Shown here: one piece after another, positions 54,743 through 63,958 of the stretch | Position numbering within the stretch: position 1 is the stretch's first letter | Layout: each line of letters opens with the position of its first letter | Assembly (NCBI GenBank): GCA_011321845.1 | Contig: DROQ01000132.1 | Location: forward strand, 1,796 to 65,795 | Length of the DNA: 64,000 bases | Direction: 5' to 3' | Source: Planctomycetota bacterium | GTDB lineage: Bacteria > Planctomycetota > UBA1135 > GCA-002748355 | Translations under genes and position numbers: made by a program | The notes under the pieces: generated by a model | Database searches by the model: none | What the model was told of the DNA's origin: nothing | What the model saw: only the letters and a program-made list of their open reading frames with translations

Positions 54743-57430
54743 ATGCCCTGGATCCGAAACCTGGGATTGGTGGAGAAAAACATGCTGGAGAATCGACCTG
54801 GAGCTTCCCTCGCCCTGCGCCGCGCGGGAAAACCCCGCAACCTTGCCTTGACGAGAGGACTTCTCGCACAGAGCCTTCTCTTCGCCTGCTTCCTCCTCGC
54901 TCCCCTCGGAGCCCAGGCCGGCTCGAGCAAGGCTCCCTCGACACAAGGGAAAAGCCCTACCACCCCCCTGCTCATGGCACCCGAAAACGCCTGGCTCTTC
55001 GTCCGCGTCCCACTCGAAGACGGCAAGATCCCCGCTCTCCTCCGGGGACTTCCGGGAAACCTCCCTCAACTCTCCTCCTCCTGGCGAACCTGGGCCCGCA
55101 AGGCCTTTGGCGCCAAACCCGAAGACTGGAAGGCAGTGGAGATCTCCCTCCTTCACGCATCTGAAGGCGAGTACCCCGAGGGAACCATTCTCTTCTCCTT
55201 TCAAGAGGAAGGCGCTTCCCCGACTGCGCGCGAAGAGCGCCCCCCTTCCACCCGGATCCAAAAGATCCCCGCCCCCTTCTCCGGCCAGGCCCAATGGGCC
55301 ATGGCAAAGAGAGGAGGGAGAGTCTGGATCTCCAACCATCCCACGGCCGTTCGAAACGCACTGCGCCTCCAGGAGGGCGAGACGGGCAGCCTCTTCCAGG
55401 ATCCAGCCCTCGCCTCCCTTTGGAAAAACGCTCCCGCCCCATCGGGAGAGATCACCCTGTTTCTACGCTCTCTGGGAGTCCGAAACCGTCTCCGGCAGGC
55501 ACCCCTAGGGGCCAGCCTCCGGCGCCTGCTCAAATCCCCTTTGGGCCGCAGGAGCGGAATCCTGCTTCGTAAGAGCGTTCAGGATGGGCATGAAGAATGG
55601 ACCCTCCTCGGAGATTCCACCACTCCCCGGGACGAGGCGGATTCCCCTGGAGCGCCCCCCCACAAGGCACCCAACATCCCCCAGATCGAAGAAAGGTCCT
55701 GGCTTTGGATTTCACAGACCTGGACCCAGGGCCTTAAAGATCTCGAGGCCTGGGGACAAATCCCCGCACCTCTTCCTCTCCTCCCCTCCCTTGCCGAGAC
55801 CATCCGGGGAGCCTTGGGAGACCAGGAGAGACGAGCATGGGAAGAGGCTCTCGGCGAGGGGCTCCTCTGGCTCGGCCCTCTCCCGGAACAAAAGGGAAGC
55901 GGAGTCCTCGTCCCCGCACAAGATCCCAAGGCCATCCGAAAAGCCTTGCGGGCCGCAGGGGCCCGGCCTGCCGGCCCAAAGGCAGGCTCAGGCTCCTCAA
56001 GCCACTTCCTCTGGGAAAGCGGCAAAGGCAAGCTCCAGATCGAGATCCTGGATCGCTTCCTCCTCTTAGCGACCCCCGGATTTGACCTCGGAGGTCTGGA
56101 CCTGGAGGGCAATACTCAAGACCTGCCCGGAAACACCTTTGCGGCCGGGAGCCTCTCCGGAACCGCATGGAGCATCCATGGCCTCCCCAACTCCATGGAT
56201 TTCCAGGCGGAGAGGGACCCACAAGGAACCATCAAGATCCTGCTGAAGAACAGCGATGGGACCCTCCCCCTCTGGGCAAACCTCAGCAGGGCGCTGGGGA
56301 AGAAAACCGCGCGGGACCAACTCGAGCTGGCAGGCCAAGAGGACCCTGAACTGCTCGAGGCCATCCTGGGGACCCTCCGCCTGGAGACCGACCCGAAGAA
56401 AGCCCTGGCCGCCATCACTACAGCAGAAAAAGCCAAAGACCTCGAAACTCTCCGCGCCTACGCTCAGAGCGCACAAGCCAAAATCTCTTCAAGAGCCATC
56501 GAGGCCTTGGGAACCTTGAAGGACCAGGGCTCCGCGGGGCTTTTCGAAAAAGGAGTCGCCCAAGACCAACCTCAGCTCCTCCGCAAAGCCGCCGCCTACG
56601 GACTCTCCCGCATGGGGACACCCAAGGCGAGGGCCCTCCTCCGGGACTTCATTCTGGACTCCGACCTCCATGTCCGGCTCTATGCCCTCAAAGCCCAGAG
56701 CCCCAAGGACCTGGATGCGAAGACCAAGGACAAGCTCCTTCGGCTCGTAGATACCTGGACCAAGGACCAGGTCGCGGATCGGAGCCAGGCCCTCCTTCTT
56801 CTGCATGATCACGGGGACCCAAGCTGCTTGAACGCTCTCGCTCTCACTCCAGCGGGGGGGAGCCGTTTCCAGCAGGCCTTGGTCTATACCTTTCAAGACC
56901 TCTCCCCCAAGCTTTCCAAGAGGGAGGAGGTCCAGGTCCTCCGCAAGGCCATGCGCTCCCGTAACATGGCCCTCCAACGCTACGCGATCCAGCGCCTCGG
57001 GGCTCTTGGAACCCCCGAAGCGATCGCAACACTCAGGGAAGAATCCAAACGGCTGACCGGCACCCCTCTCGCTCCGGTCCTCCAGACTTCCCTCGAAGCC
57101 AATTCCGCCGGCCCCGACCTCGGAGCTTGGGTCCGCGACGCCAAAGCGAAAGCCCAGTTCTGGTTCCTCTCCGCCAAAAGCTGGCTTCGAAGGCAGAGCC
57201 CCACCACTCAGAAAATCCTCGCTCTCAGCCCCTTGGGACTCCTGCTCCTCTTTGGAGCCTTTTGGATGATGCGGCGAAGGAGGCGCAAAAGGTTGGCGGA
57301 GGAGGAGATCCAGGAACTCCTTCGCCCCTCCAACGATGCAGGGGAACCACCCCTCGATTCGGAGCCCGCAGGCAGCCTCCAAATAGAAGAGGAAGAGGAA
57401 TACGCCACATCCCTTTACGACCGGGAATAG
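54743..57430 (+). CDS. large signal-peptide protein with C-terminal HEAT/PBS-lyase-like repeats and a C-terminal TM anchor
   Basis: Signal LLAQSLLFACFLLAPLGAQA. HEAT-like units (AIEALGTLKD..., AAYGLSRMGTPKA..., AIQRLGALGTPEA...). TM segment ILALSPLGLLLLFGAFWMM followed by RRRRRKR. Confidence 0.7.
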   Translation: MPWIRNLGLVEKNMLENRPGASLALRRAGKPRNLALTRGLLAQSLLFACFLLAPLGAQAGSSKAPSTQGKSPTTPLLMAPENAWLFVRVPLEDGKIPALLRGLPGNLPQLSSSWRTWARKAFGAKPEDWKAVEISLLHASEGEYPEGTILFSFQEEGASPTAREERPPSTRIQKIPAPFSGQAQWAMAKRGGRVWISNHPTAVRNALRLQEGETGSLFQDPALASLWKNAPAPSGEITLFLRSLGVRNRLRQAPLGASLRRLLKSPLGRRSGILLRKSVQDGHEEWTLLGDSTTPRDEADSPGAPPHKAPNIPQIEERSWLWISQTWTQGLKDLEAWGQIPAPLPLLPSLAETIRGALGDQERRAWEEALGEGLLWLGPLPEQKGSGVLVPAQDPKAIRKALRAAGARPAGPKAGSGSSSHFLWESGKGKLQIEILDRFLLLATPGFDLGGLDLEGNTQDLPGNTFAAGSLSGTAWSIHGLPNSMDFQAERDPQGTIKILLKNSDGTLPLWANLSRALGKKTARDQLELAGQEDPELLEAILGTLRLETDPKKALAAITTAEKAKDLETLRAYAQSAQAKISSRAIEALGTLKDQGSAGLFEKGVAQDQPQLLRKAAAYGLSRMGTPKARALLRDFILDSDLHVRLYALKAQSPKDLDAKTKDKLLRLVDTWTKDQVADRSQALLLLHDHGDPSCLNALALTPAGGSRFQQALVYTFQDLSPKLSKREEVQVLRKAMRSRNMALQRYAIQRLGALGTPEAIATLREESKRLTGTPLAPVLQTSLEANSAGPDLGAWVRDAKAKAQFWFLSAKSWLRRQSPTTQKILALSPLGLLLLFGAFWMMRRRRRKRLAEEEIQELLRPSNDAGEPPLDSEPAGSLQIEEEEEYATSLYDRE

Positions 57431-57460
57431 GCGAGCTGGCACTCCCCTTCTCTTTCCAGA

Positions 57461-57494
57461 AACGAGCCCGACCTTCGACATGGCCGGGCTCGTT
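57461..57494. terminator. hairpin between convergent genes (possible bidirectional terminator, no U-tract)
   Basis: AACGAGCCCG-N14-CGGGCTCGTT. Confidence 0.4.
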
Positions 57495-57516
57495 CAAGAA
57501 TGCGTGAGGAGGAGGA

Positions 57517-58623
57517 TCAGTTATGGAATTGCGTAATCAGTCCATATCCGGTCGAAGCCCCCGTGGCCACCTTGTACTGGTCCGGGGTCTTCGTCTTTCC
57601 ATCCCCGATGGTCACCATCAAACCCCTGGATGCGTAGAAATAGGGACCACTGCTCGTCAACTGGGCAAACCAAAGTTGGGAATAGAACTTGGCGTTGGCC
57701 AGGGAGGGAAGATTGGGAATCGGAAGATTGAAGCGGACATAGCCCAGAGAATTGTTTTGGGCGACCCCTGTAAAGACCAGAACGAGGTCATTCTTCAAGA
57801 AACAGCCCTTCCCGAAAATGGGAACATTCAAGCTTTTCACTCCGAGGACAAGAAAGCTCGGAGCCTTGGCCAACCTCGAATACCCATAGAGGTAATACCC
57901 GGCTCCCCCCACCTTGAGGTCAGTCAAATTGGAGTAGTGGGAAGGAAGCCCGTTCTTCAAGTTGCGGCAACCTGAGAAGGTCCCATTCGTCCGATAGCTC
58001 CCCGACCCCTGGTTGAAATTGTAGGCGTAGAGTCTTGAAGTCTCCCTCTTGGTGGAGGAAGCCACCCTCATGGCAACCAAGGGGTAGGTAAAGAAGCGAT
58101 TGGAATTGTTGTTTCCCCAGTTAATGACCTCTTGAACCAGCGCAATTTTTTTGGTGGGAATGAAGACAAAAGCGGAACCGGAATCGAAGGGAATTTTGAT
58201 GTCGAAATTCTGATTGCTCAACTTGGGCATCAAAAAAGCCTTCTTCTTGATGACCATCTTTTTCGTTGTTTGATTGATGTTCGAATCGAAAGTGCGGGAA
58301 AAACTCGCAGCGGTCACTCCCTTGGCGGCATCCCCCAGCCACATGGAGAGCGTAACCGTCTTTCCACCATACCGCCCATTGGCAAAGGACTTGTTCATCC
58401 GATAGCGAACCCCCTTCATGACGAAGGGCTGGTTGCCATGGGTGAAAGAATCGTAATCAAAAATCTGCTGGTAACGGGTGGGGACCCAGGAATAAGGAAA
58501 GTTGTTGTTGGAATTCCCGATGGTGGCCCCGGACTTCGGAGAGATCGTCGTAGCGGTTTGGGCGGACAGACCAAGCCCAAGAAACCCGATGGAAATCGCG
58601 GAAAAAAGAAGAGATGGTCTCAT
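57517..58623 (-). CDS. secreted protein with shared C-terminal beta-rich domain (PIPNLPSL...Q motif)
   Basis: Signal MRPSLLFSAISIGFLGLGLSAQT. The C-terminal GKGCFLKNDL...LPIPNLPSLANAKFYSQLWF parallels 16004..16990. Confidence 0.65.
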   Translation of the reverse strand: MRPSLLFSAISIGFLGLGLSAQTATTISPKSGATIGNSNNNFPYSWVPTRYQQIFDYDSFTHGNQPFVMKGVRYRMNKSFANGRYGGKTVTLSMWLGDAAKGVTAASFSRTFDSNINQTTKKMVIKKKAFLMPKLSNQNFDIKIPFDSGSAFVFIPTKKIALVQEVINWGNNNSNRFFTYPLVAMRVASSTKRETSRLYAYNFNQGSGSYRTNGTFSGCRNLKNGLPSHYSNLTDLKVGGAGYYLYGYSRLAKAPSFLVLGVKSLNVPIFGKGCFLKNDLVLVFTGVAQNNSLGYVRFNLPIPNLPSLANAKFYSQLWFAQLTSSGPYFYASRGLMVTIGDGKTKTPDQYKVATGASTGYGLITQFHN

Positions 58624-59024
58624 AGAAAACTCCTAAATGGTTGAGAAAGATTGAGCCTGAAAATTTCTAGGCCCAAGCTCCAAAGCAAAACCCTGAAATG
58701 GGGAGAAAAGAACGCAAGAAATTGCAGAAAAAGGAGAGGAAACTGAAAAAGGATTTTAAATCCATTTTCCGTGAAACAAAACCACCATCTTTAAATCCCC
58801 AATCGACCTGAAAGCGGGAACGTACGAAGAAAAGGGGGACACCGAGATGTGGAAACATGGGAGAAAAGAGGAGATGAGGTCGTGGATCCGGCCGACCACC
58901 TGGAGCGGAACCTGGAAATTCCCAAGAAAGGGGGCAAAGTTCAGCCATTCCCCCTCGATGAAATCGTGGGCCAGCCTTGTATTCATGCAACACCAACACG
59001 GGATTTCCCGAGGAAACGTCGTCG

Positions 59025-60635
59025 ATGAGCGCACGCTTGCAGAGTCAGGTCCGATCCAACAGTCCGGAGTTCCAGGAGAACGCCGCATTCCATCGTGGTC
59101 TCGCGGAGGAGTTGAAACAAAAGGCAGCGCAGGTCCGGCGAGGAGGCTCCGAGAGAGCCGTCAAGCTCCACCACTCCCGGGGTAAGCTCCTTGCCCGAGA
59201 ACGCATCGATCGGATCATCGACCCAGGGAGCCCCTTTTTGGAACTCTCCCCCCTTGCCGCCTGGGGTCTCTATGACAACAAGGCCCCCTCGGCCGGGGTC
59301 GTGACGGGGATCGGGCGGATCCACGGGCACGAGGTCATGTTCGTAGCCAACGACGCAACCGTGAAGGGGGGCTCCTATCTCCCCATGACAGTCAAGAAAC
59401 ACATCCGCGCCCAGGAAATCGCTCTGGAGAACCACCTCCCCTGCCTCTATCTCGTGGACTCGGGCGGCGCCTTCCTCCCCCTTCAGGCTGAGGTCTTCCC
59501 CGACCGGGACCACTTTGGGCGGATTTTTTACAACCAGGCGCGCATGTCGGCCCTCGGCATCCGGCAAATCGCCTGCGTCCTGGGCTCCTGCACGGCGGGC
59601 GGAGCCTATGTCCCGGCGATGAGCGACGAGACCATCATTGTGCAAAAGCAGGGGACCATCTTTTTGGGGGGGCCTCCCCTGGTCAAGGCAGCCACCGGGG
59701 AGGAGGTCAGCGCGGAGGAACTGGGAGGGGGGGATCTCCATGCGCGCACCTCCGGGGTCGTGGACCATCTCGCCCCGGACGAGGAGAGCGCCCTCGAGCT
59801 TTGCCGGGACATCTTCGCCCACATCAACCTTCGGAAGACGGTTCCGGTGCAAACCCAGGCTCCCGAACCTCCCGCTTTCGACCCCGAGGACCTCTACGGA
59901 ATCATCCCCAAGAATCCGAGGCAACCCTACGACGTCCGCGAAGTCATCGCCCGCCTGGTGGATGGGAGCGTCTTCCACGAGTTCAAAAGCCTCTATGGAA
60001 CCACTCTGGTGACCGGCTTCGCTCACATCCACGGGTACCCGGTCGGGATCGTGGCCAACAATGGAATCCTCTTTTCCGAGAGTGCCCAAAAAGCCGCCCA
60101 CTTCGTCGAACTCTGCTCCCAGCGCAAAACCCCCCTGGTCTTCCTGCAAAACATCACAGGGTTCATGGTGGGCAGCAAATACGAAGCAGGAGGTATCGCC
60201 AAGGACGGAGCCAAGATGGTCCAGGCCGTTGCGACCGCTCCTGTCCCCCGTTTCACGATCATCATCGGGGGATCCTTCGGGGCAGGGAACTACGGGATGT
60301 GCGGCAGAGCCTACCAGCCTCGGCTCCTCTTCATGTGGCCCAACGCCCGGATCTCGGTCATGGGCGGCGAACAGGCCGCCGGGGTGCTTCTCACCGTCAA
60401 AAAGGACCAGCTCGCCCGCGAGGGCAAGAGCATGACTCCCGAGGAAGAGGAGCAGCTCAAGGCCCCCATCCTCGAAAAATACGAGCAGGAAGGGAGCCCC
60501 TATTACTCCACAGCCAGGCTCTGGGATGACGGTATCCTGGACCCCGTGGACACCCGCAAGGTCCTGGGGCTCAGCCTCTCTATGGCCTTCAACGCCGGCA
60601 TTCCCGACTGGCAGGCACCGGTTTTCCGGATGTAG
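59025..60635 (+). CDS. liuB: methylcrotonoyl-CoA carboxylase beta subunit (carboxyltransferase)
   Basis: 536 aa. [50 protein letters not shown] and [16 protein letters not shown]. The context includes a hydratase and biotin carboxylase. Confidence 0.9.
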   Translation: MSARLQSQVRSNSPEFQENAAFHRGLAEELKQKAAQVRRGGSERAVKLHHSRGKLLARERIDRIIDPGSPFLELSPLAAWGLYDNKAPSAGVVTGIGRIHGHEVMFVANDATVKGGSYLPMTVKKHIRAQEIALENHLPCLYLVDSGGAFLPLQAEVFPDRDHFGRIFYNQARMSALGIRQIACVLGSCTAGGAYVPAMSDETIIVQKQGTIFLGGPPLVKAATGEEVSAEELGGGDLHARTSGVVDHLAPDEESALELCRDIFAHINLRKTVPVQTQAPEPPAFDPEDLYGIIPKNPRQPYDVREVIARLVDGSVFHEFKSLYGTTLVTGFAHIHGYPVGIVANNGILFSESAQKAAHFVELCSQRKTPLVFLQNITGFMVGSKYEAGGIAKDGAKMVQAVATAPVPRFTIIIGGSFGAGNYGMCGRAYQPRLLFMWPNARISVMGGEQAAGVLLTVKKDQLAREGKSMTPEEEEQLKAPILEKYEQEGSPYYSTARLWDDGILDPVDTRKVLGLSLSMAFNAGIPDWQAPVFRM

Positions 60636-60692
60636 GGGGGAGAGCTTGGAATTGAGAGGGAAGAGTCGGAACCGTTGCATCAGGAGCCAAGG

Positions 60693-61496
60693 ATGAGCGA
60701 AACAAGTTACGAGACCTTATTGCTGGAGCGAGACCCCAAGGGCGTCCTGGAGATCCGCCTGAACCGGCCCGAAAAGCACAACGCCTTCAACGCCACGGTC
60801 ATCGAGGAGCTGAAAAGGGCATTTGAGGAGGCTTCGGAAGAAGAGGGAGTGCGGGTTGTTCTGCTGACAGGATCGGGCAAGAGCTTCTCCGCCGGAGCCG
60901 ACATCGACTGGATGCGGGACCAGGGCCGGGAAAGCGAAGCCGCCAATGTCCAATCCGCCCTCCGGATGTCGGAGATGTTCTACGCGGTTTACGCCTGCAA
61001 AAAACCTGTCCTCGCCAAGGTGGGTGGAGCGGCCCTCGGAGGAGGAACCGGCCTGGTCGCCGCAGTGGATATCGCAATCGCATCCCAGGACGCCATCTTC
61101 GGCTTTACCGAGGTCCGCCTCGGCATCATCCCCGCAGTGATCTCTCCCTTCGCCGTTGAGAAGCTGGGCCCTGCGACCGCGCGCTCCCTGTTTTTGCTGG
61201 GGAAACGCTTCAACGGCATCGAGGCCGAACGCCTGGGCCTCGTCTTCCGCTCCGTCCCGGCGGCGGAACTCGACGCCGAAGTGGAGAACTGCCTGGCCGA
61301 TCTGTTGCGGGGCAGCCCCAAAGCCCTGGAGGAAGCCAAGGCCCTCGCACAATCCCTGAATCCCATCCCTCCGCTCCGCGAGATCCCCCGCTGTGCGGAG
61401 GCCATCGCCAAAATCCGAGGGACTCCCGAGGCCCAGGAAGGGCTCTCCGCCTTCCTCGAACGCCGTAGACCGTCATGGTTCCCGGAGAACAAATGA
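60693..61496 (+). CDS. liuC: enoyl-CoA hydratase/isomerase family (probable methylglutaconyl-CoA hydratase)
   Basis: RPEKHNAFN and FSAGADIDWM crotonase motifs. Positioned between the two carboxylase subunits. Confidence 0.8.
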   Translation: MSETSYETLLLERDPKGVLEIRLNRPEKHNAFNATVIEELKRAFEEASEEEGVRVVLLTGSGKSFSAGADIDWMRDQGRESEAANVQSALRMSEMFYAVYACKKPVLAKVGGAALGGGTGLVAAVDIAIASQDAIFGFTEVRLGIIPAVISPFAVEKLGPATARSLFLLGKRFNGIEAERLGLVFRSVPAAELDAEVENCLADLLRGSPKALEEAKALAQSLNPIPPLREIPRCAEAIAKIRGTPEAQEGLSAFLERRRPSWFPENK

Positions 61497-63031
61497 AACC
61501 AAGCCCCTTTGAGCGCATCCTCGTGGCCAACCGAGGCGAGATCGCGGTCCGCATCCTCCGTGCCATCCAGGAAGCCGGCGCGGAGGCCATCGCCGTCTTC
61601 AGCGAGGCCGACCGCCTCTCCAAGCACACCTTGATCGCCGACCGCGCACTTCCCATCGGGCCTGCGGACCCCCGGGAAAGCTACCTGGTCATCGACAAGA
61701 TCCTCGACGCCGCAAAGGAGGCCGGAGCCCAGGCCATCCATCCGGGTTATGGCTTCCTCGCGGAGAATGCGGACTTCGCCCGGCGCTGCGCGGAAAGGGG
61801 GATCTGCTTCATCGGCCCCAGCCCCTCCTCCATGGAACTCCTCGGCTCCAAGAGGGCGGCGCGCCAAAAAGCGGTGGAGGCCGGCGTCCCGGTGGTGCCA
61901 GGTTACGAAGGGGAGAGCAGCGACGAAGAGGCTTTTGTCCGAGCTGCCCGGGAGATCGGTTTCCCCCTCCTCGTCAAGGCCTCGGCAGGAGGTGGCGGTC
62001 GCGGTATGCGCCTCATCCACGAAGAGGGAGAGTTCCTCGCGGGCCTTCGTGCAGGCAAACTCGAAGCGGAACAGGCCTTCGGGGACGGAACCATGCTCCT
62101 CGAGAAATACATCCACCCTTCCCGTCACATCGAGATCCAAGTCCTCGGGGATGGCAAGGGAAAAGCCGTCGCCTTCCCCGAGCGCGAATGCTCCGTCCAG
62201 AGGCGCCACCAGAAAATCATCGAAGAATCACCCTCTCCTGCTGTGCCCCCCGAGACACGCCTAGCCCTCCAGGAAGCCGCCCTCGCCCTCGTCGAGGCCG
62301 TTTCCTACCTGGGGGCCGGGACCGTCGAATTCCTGATGGATGAGCAGGGAGCCTTCTATTTTCTCGAAGTCAACACCCGCCTCCAGGTCGAGCATCCTGT
62401 TACGGAATTCGTCTCGGGGATCGACCTCGTTCAGGCCCAGATCCAACTCGCGGGAGGAGTAGCGCTGGAGGACCTGGTCCCCCAGCGCATCGTCCCGCCC
62501 CTTGGACACGCCTTCGAGGCCCGGGTCTGCGCGGAGGACCCCATGGAGGGTTTCCTGCCCTCCGGAGGCCTGCTCTCGGTCTGCGCGGAAGTGGACGCAC
62601 CCGGAGTCCGCATCGACAGCGGGGTCTACCCTGGGATGAACATCCCCGTGGAATACGATTCCCTGCTGGCCAAGGTGATCACTCACGCCGAGGACCGGGA
62701 CCGGGCGCTTTCGCGCCTCGATTTCGCCCTCTCCCGCTGCGCCTGGTTGGGCCTCCCCTCCAACGTCGACTTCCTCCTCTCCCTGGTCCGCCACCCCGCG
62801 TTTCGCAGCGGCGACCTTCGCACGGATTTCCTCGAGCTGCACGCGGAACTGCTCCAGCCCGCGGACGACCAGGAGCCTCCCGAGGAGGTCCTCATCGCCG
62901 CGGCCCTTGGCGGTCTCCTCTGCAGAGGCAATCACGCGAACGCCGGAAGCTCCGGGCCCGAAGGAGTGGACAGGAACTCGCCCTGGGACCAGGGTGACGG
63001 CTTTCGCATTCTCCAAGGAGGTGCTTCATGA
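61493..63031 (+). CDS. biotin carboxylase (acyl-CoA carboxylase alpha subunit lacking the BCCP domain)
   Basis: ILVANRGEIAVRILRA, HPGYGFLAEN, ATP-grasp GGGGRGMR and EVNTRLQVEHPVTE. ATGA overlap with the hydratase gene. Confidence 0.9.
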   Translation: MKPSPFERILVANRGEIAVRILRAIQEAGAEAIAVFSEADRLSKHTLIADRALPIGPADPRESYLVIDKILDAAKEAGAQAIHPGYGFLAENADFARRCAERGICFIGPSPSSMELLGSKRAARQKAVEAGVPVVPGYEGESSDEEAFVRAAREIGFPLLVKASAGGGGRGMRLIHEEGEFLAGLRAGKLEAEQAFGDGTMLLEKYIHPSRHIEIQVLGDGKGKAVAFPERECSVQRRHQKIIEESPSPAVPPETRLALQEAALALVEAVSYLGAGTVEFLMDEQGAFYFLEVNTRLQVEHPVTEFVSGIDLVQAQIQLAGGVALEDLVPQRIVPPLGHAFEARVCAEDPMEGFLPSGGLLSVCAEVDAPGVRIDSGVYPGMNIPVEYDSLLAKVITHAEDRDRALSRLDFALSRCAWLGLPSNVDFLLSLVRHPAFRSGDLRTDFLELHAELLQPADDQEPPEEVLIAAALGGLLCRGNHANAGSSGPEGVDRNSPWDQGDGFRILQGGAS

Positions 63032-63543
63032 ACCCTTATCCCGATCGCGTCCTGGCCGGCAAGAAAGAGGTCCGCCTCTCCGCCCGGCCCCTTGGGGAAC
63101 ACCGCTTCCAGATTCAGATCGAAGCCAAAGGGATCGAAGTCCGCGCCTTCCCCATGCAGTGCGGCGGGGATGTCCTGGAAACCCCTGACGGGAAGCGCGT
63201 TCGCTTCTTCGCCACCGCCACCCCCAAGGGCATCCAGGTACGCATCCATGGGCGCACCTGGATGCTCCCCTCCGTCGCCTCCATCCGGGAAAGAGAAGGG
63301 GCGCAATTGGACCCCCACAAACTCGAAGCTCCCCTTACAGGGACCATCCTCGCCCTCCTCGTCCAGGAAGGACAGGAGGTGGAAGAGGGCGAAGAACTCC
63401 TCCTCCTGAGCGCAATGAAGATGGAACACAAACTGAGGTCCCAAGCGAGCGGCAAAGTCAAGACCATTCACGTCCAGGTAGGCGACACGGTGGACGCCGG
63501 CTCCCTGCTCCTGGAAATGGAGGATGAGACGGACCCTCAATAA
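63028..63543 (+). CDS. biotin carboxyl carrier (biotinyl/lipoyl attachment) protein, separate polypeptide
   Basis: APLTGTILALLVQEGQEVEEGEELLLLSAMKMEHKL contains the AMKM biotinylation motif. AAGGAGG lies 7 nt upstream, with ATGA overlap with the biotin carboxylase. Confidence 0.85.
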   Translation: MNPYPDRVLAGKKEVRLSARPLGEHRFQIQIEAKGIEVRAFPMQCGGDVLETPDGKRVRFFATATPKGIQVRIHGRTWMLPSVASIREREGAQLDPHKLEAPLTGTILALLVQEGQEVEEGEELLLLSAMKMEHKLRSQASGKVKTIHVQVGDTVDAGSLLLEMEDETDPQ

Positions 63544-63586
63544 ATTCGACAAGAACAAGTTCGACAAGAACAAGTTCGACAAGAAC
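63542..63586. repeat. 15-bp tandem repeat x3 (AAGTTCGACAAGAAC)
   Basis: Units 63542-63556, 63557-63571 and 63572-63586. Starts within the stop codon of the BCCP gene. Confidence 0.85.
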
Positions 63587-63595
63587 TAGAAAAGT

Positions 63596-63627
63596 CCCGC
63601 AGGGAGGGCTCCCCGCAGGGAGGGCTC
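63596..63627. repeat. 16-bp tandem repeat x2 (CCCGCAGGGAGGGCTC) plus a partial third
   Basis: Exact copies at 63596-63611 and 63612-63627. Confidence 0.8.
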
Positions 63628-63649
63628 GCAGAGAGGGGCTGAAAGGAAG

Positions 63650-63690
63650 AAAAAAAAACGCCCCCAGCCGGATGAGCGGCTTGGGGCGTT
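63650..63690 (-). terminator. intrinsic terminator of the small basic protein gene
   Basis: Minus strand: AACGCCCCAAGCCG-CTCATC-CGGCTGGGGGCGTT (13 bp, one mismatch) followed by T9. Confidence 0.7.
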
Positions 63691-63715
63691 CCTTGACTGA
63701 AAACCGTGGCGATCT

Positions 63716-63958
63716 CTACAGATCCTGGGGACGCAGGGTCGCGCGCTTGTTCGCAGCGGCGCGAGCCTCGGCGTTGGCGAGAAGATCACGAACCTTGGCC
63801 TCCAAGGCGCCATAGAAATCCGAGGAAACTTTCATATCGACGGCTCTCTTGGTCCTGCTCTTGGAGATAATCATCTCGGCGGGAACGGCTTTCTTGCTGC
63901 CGCGCTTGGCGGTTTTCTTCTTCTTTGCGGTCTTTTTGGCTTTCTTTTTTGCTGCCAT
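63716..63958 (-). CDS. small DNA-binding-type protein: Lys-rich N-terminal tail plus histone-fold-like (DUF1931/HMf-like) core
   Basis: MAAKKKAKKTAKKKKTAKRGSKKA + MIISKSRTKRAVDMKVSSDFYGALEAKVRDLLANAEARAAANKRATLRPQDL. It has its own terminator and an AAGGA SD-like sequence. Confidence 0.6.
   Translation of the reverse strand: MAAKKKAKKTAKKKKTAKRGSKKAVPAEMIISKSRTKRAVDMKVSSDFYGALEAKVRDLLANAEARAAANKRATLRPQDL

Noticed and set aside
57436-57452. CTGGCAC-TCCCC-TTCTC, which looks like a sigma54 -24 box.
   Set aside because: The -12 element lacks the essential GC. The site lies just after the stop of the HEAT gene and points into a convergent gene, so it has no target.
63020-63035. Interpreting the BC/BCCP junction as a frameshift pseudogene.
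   Set aside because: A perfect AAGGAGG lies at the ideal distance, with an ATGA stop-start overlap, and both ORFs are intact. It is more consistent with a natural split, and I reported it as a finding with a read-level check.
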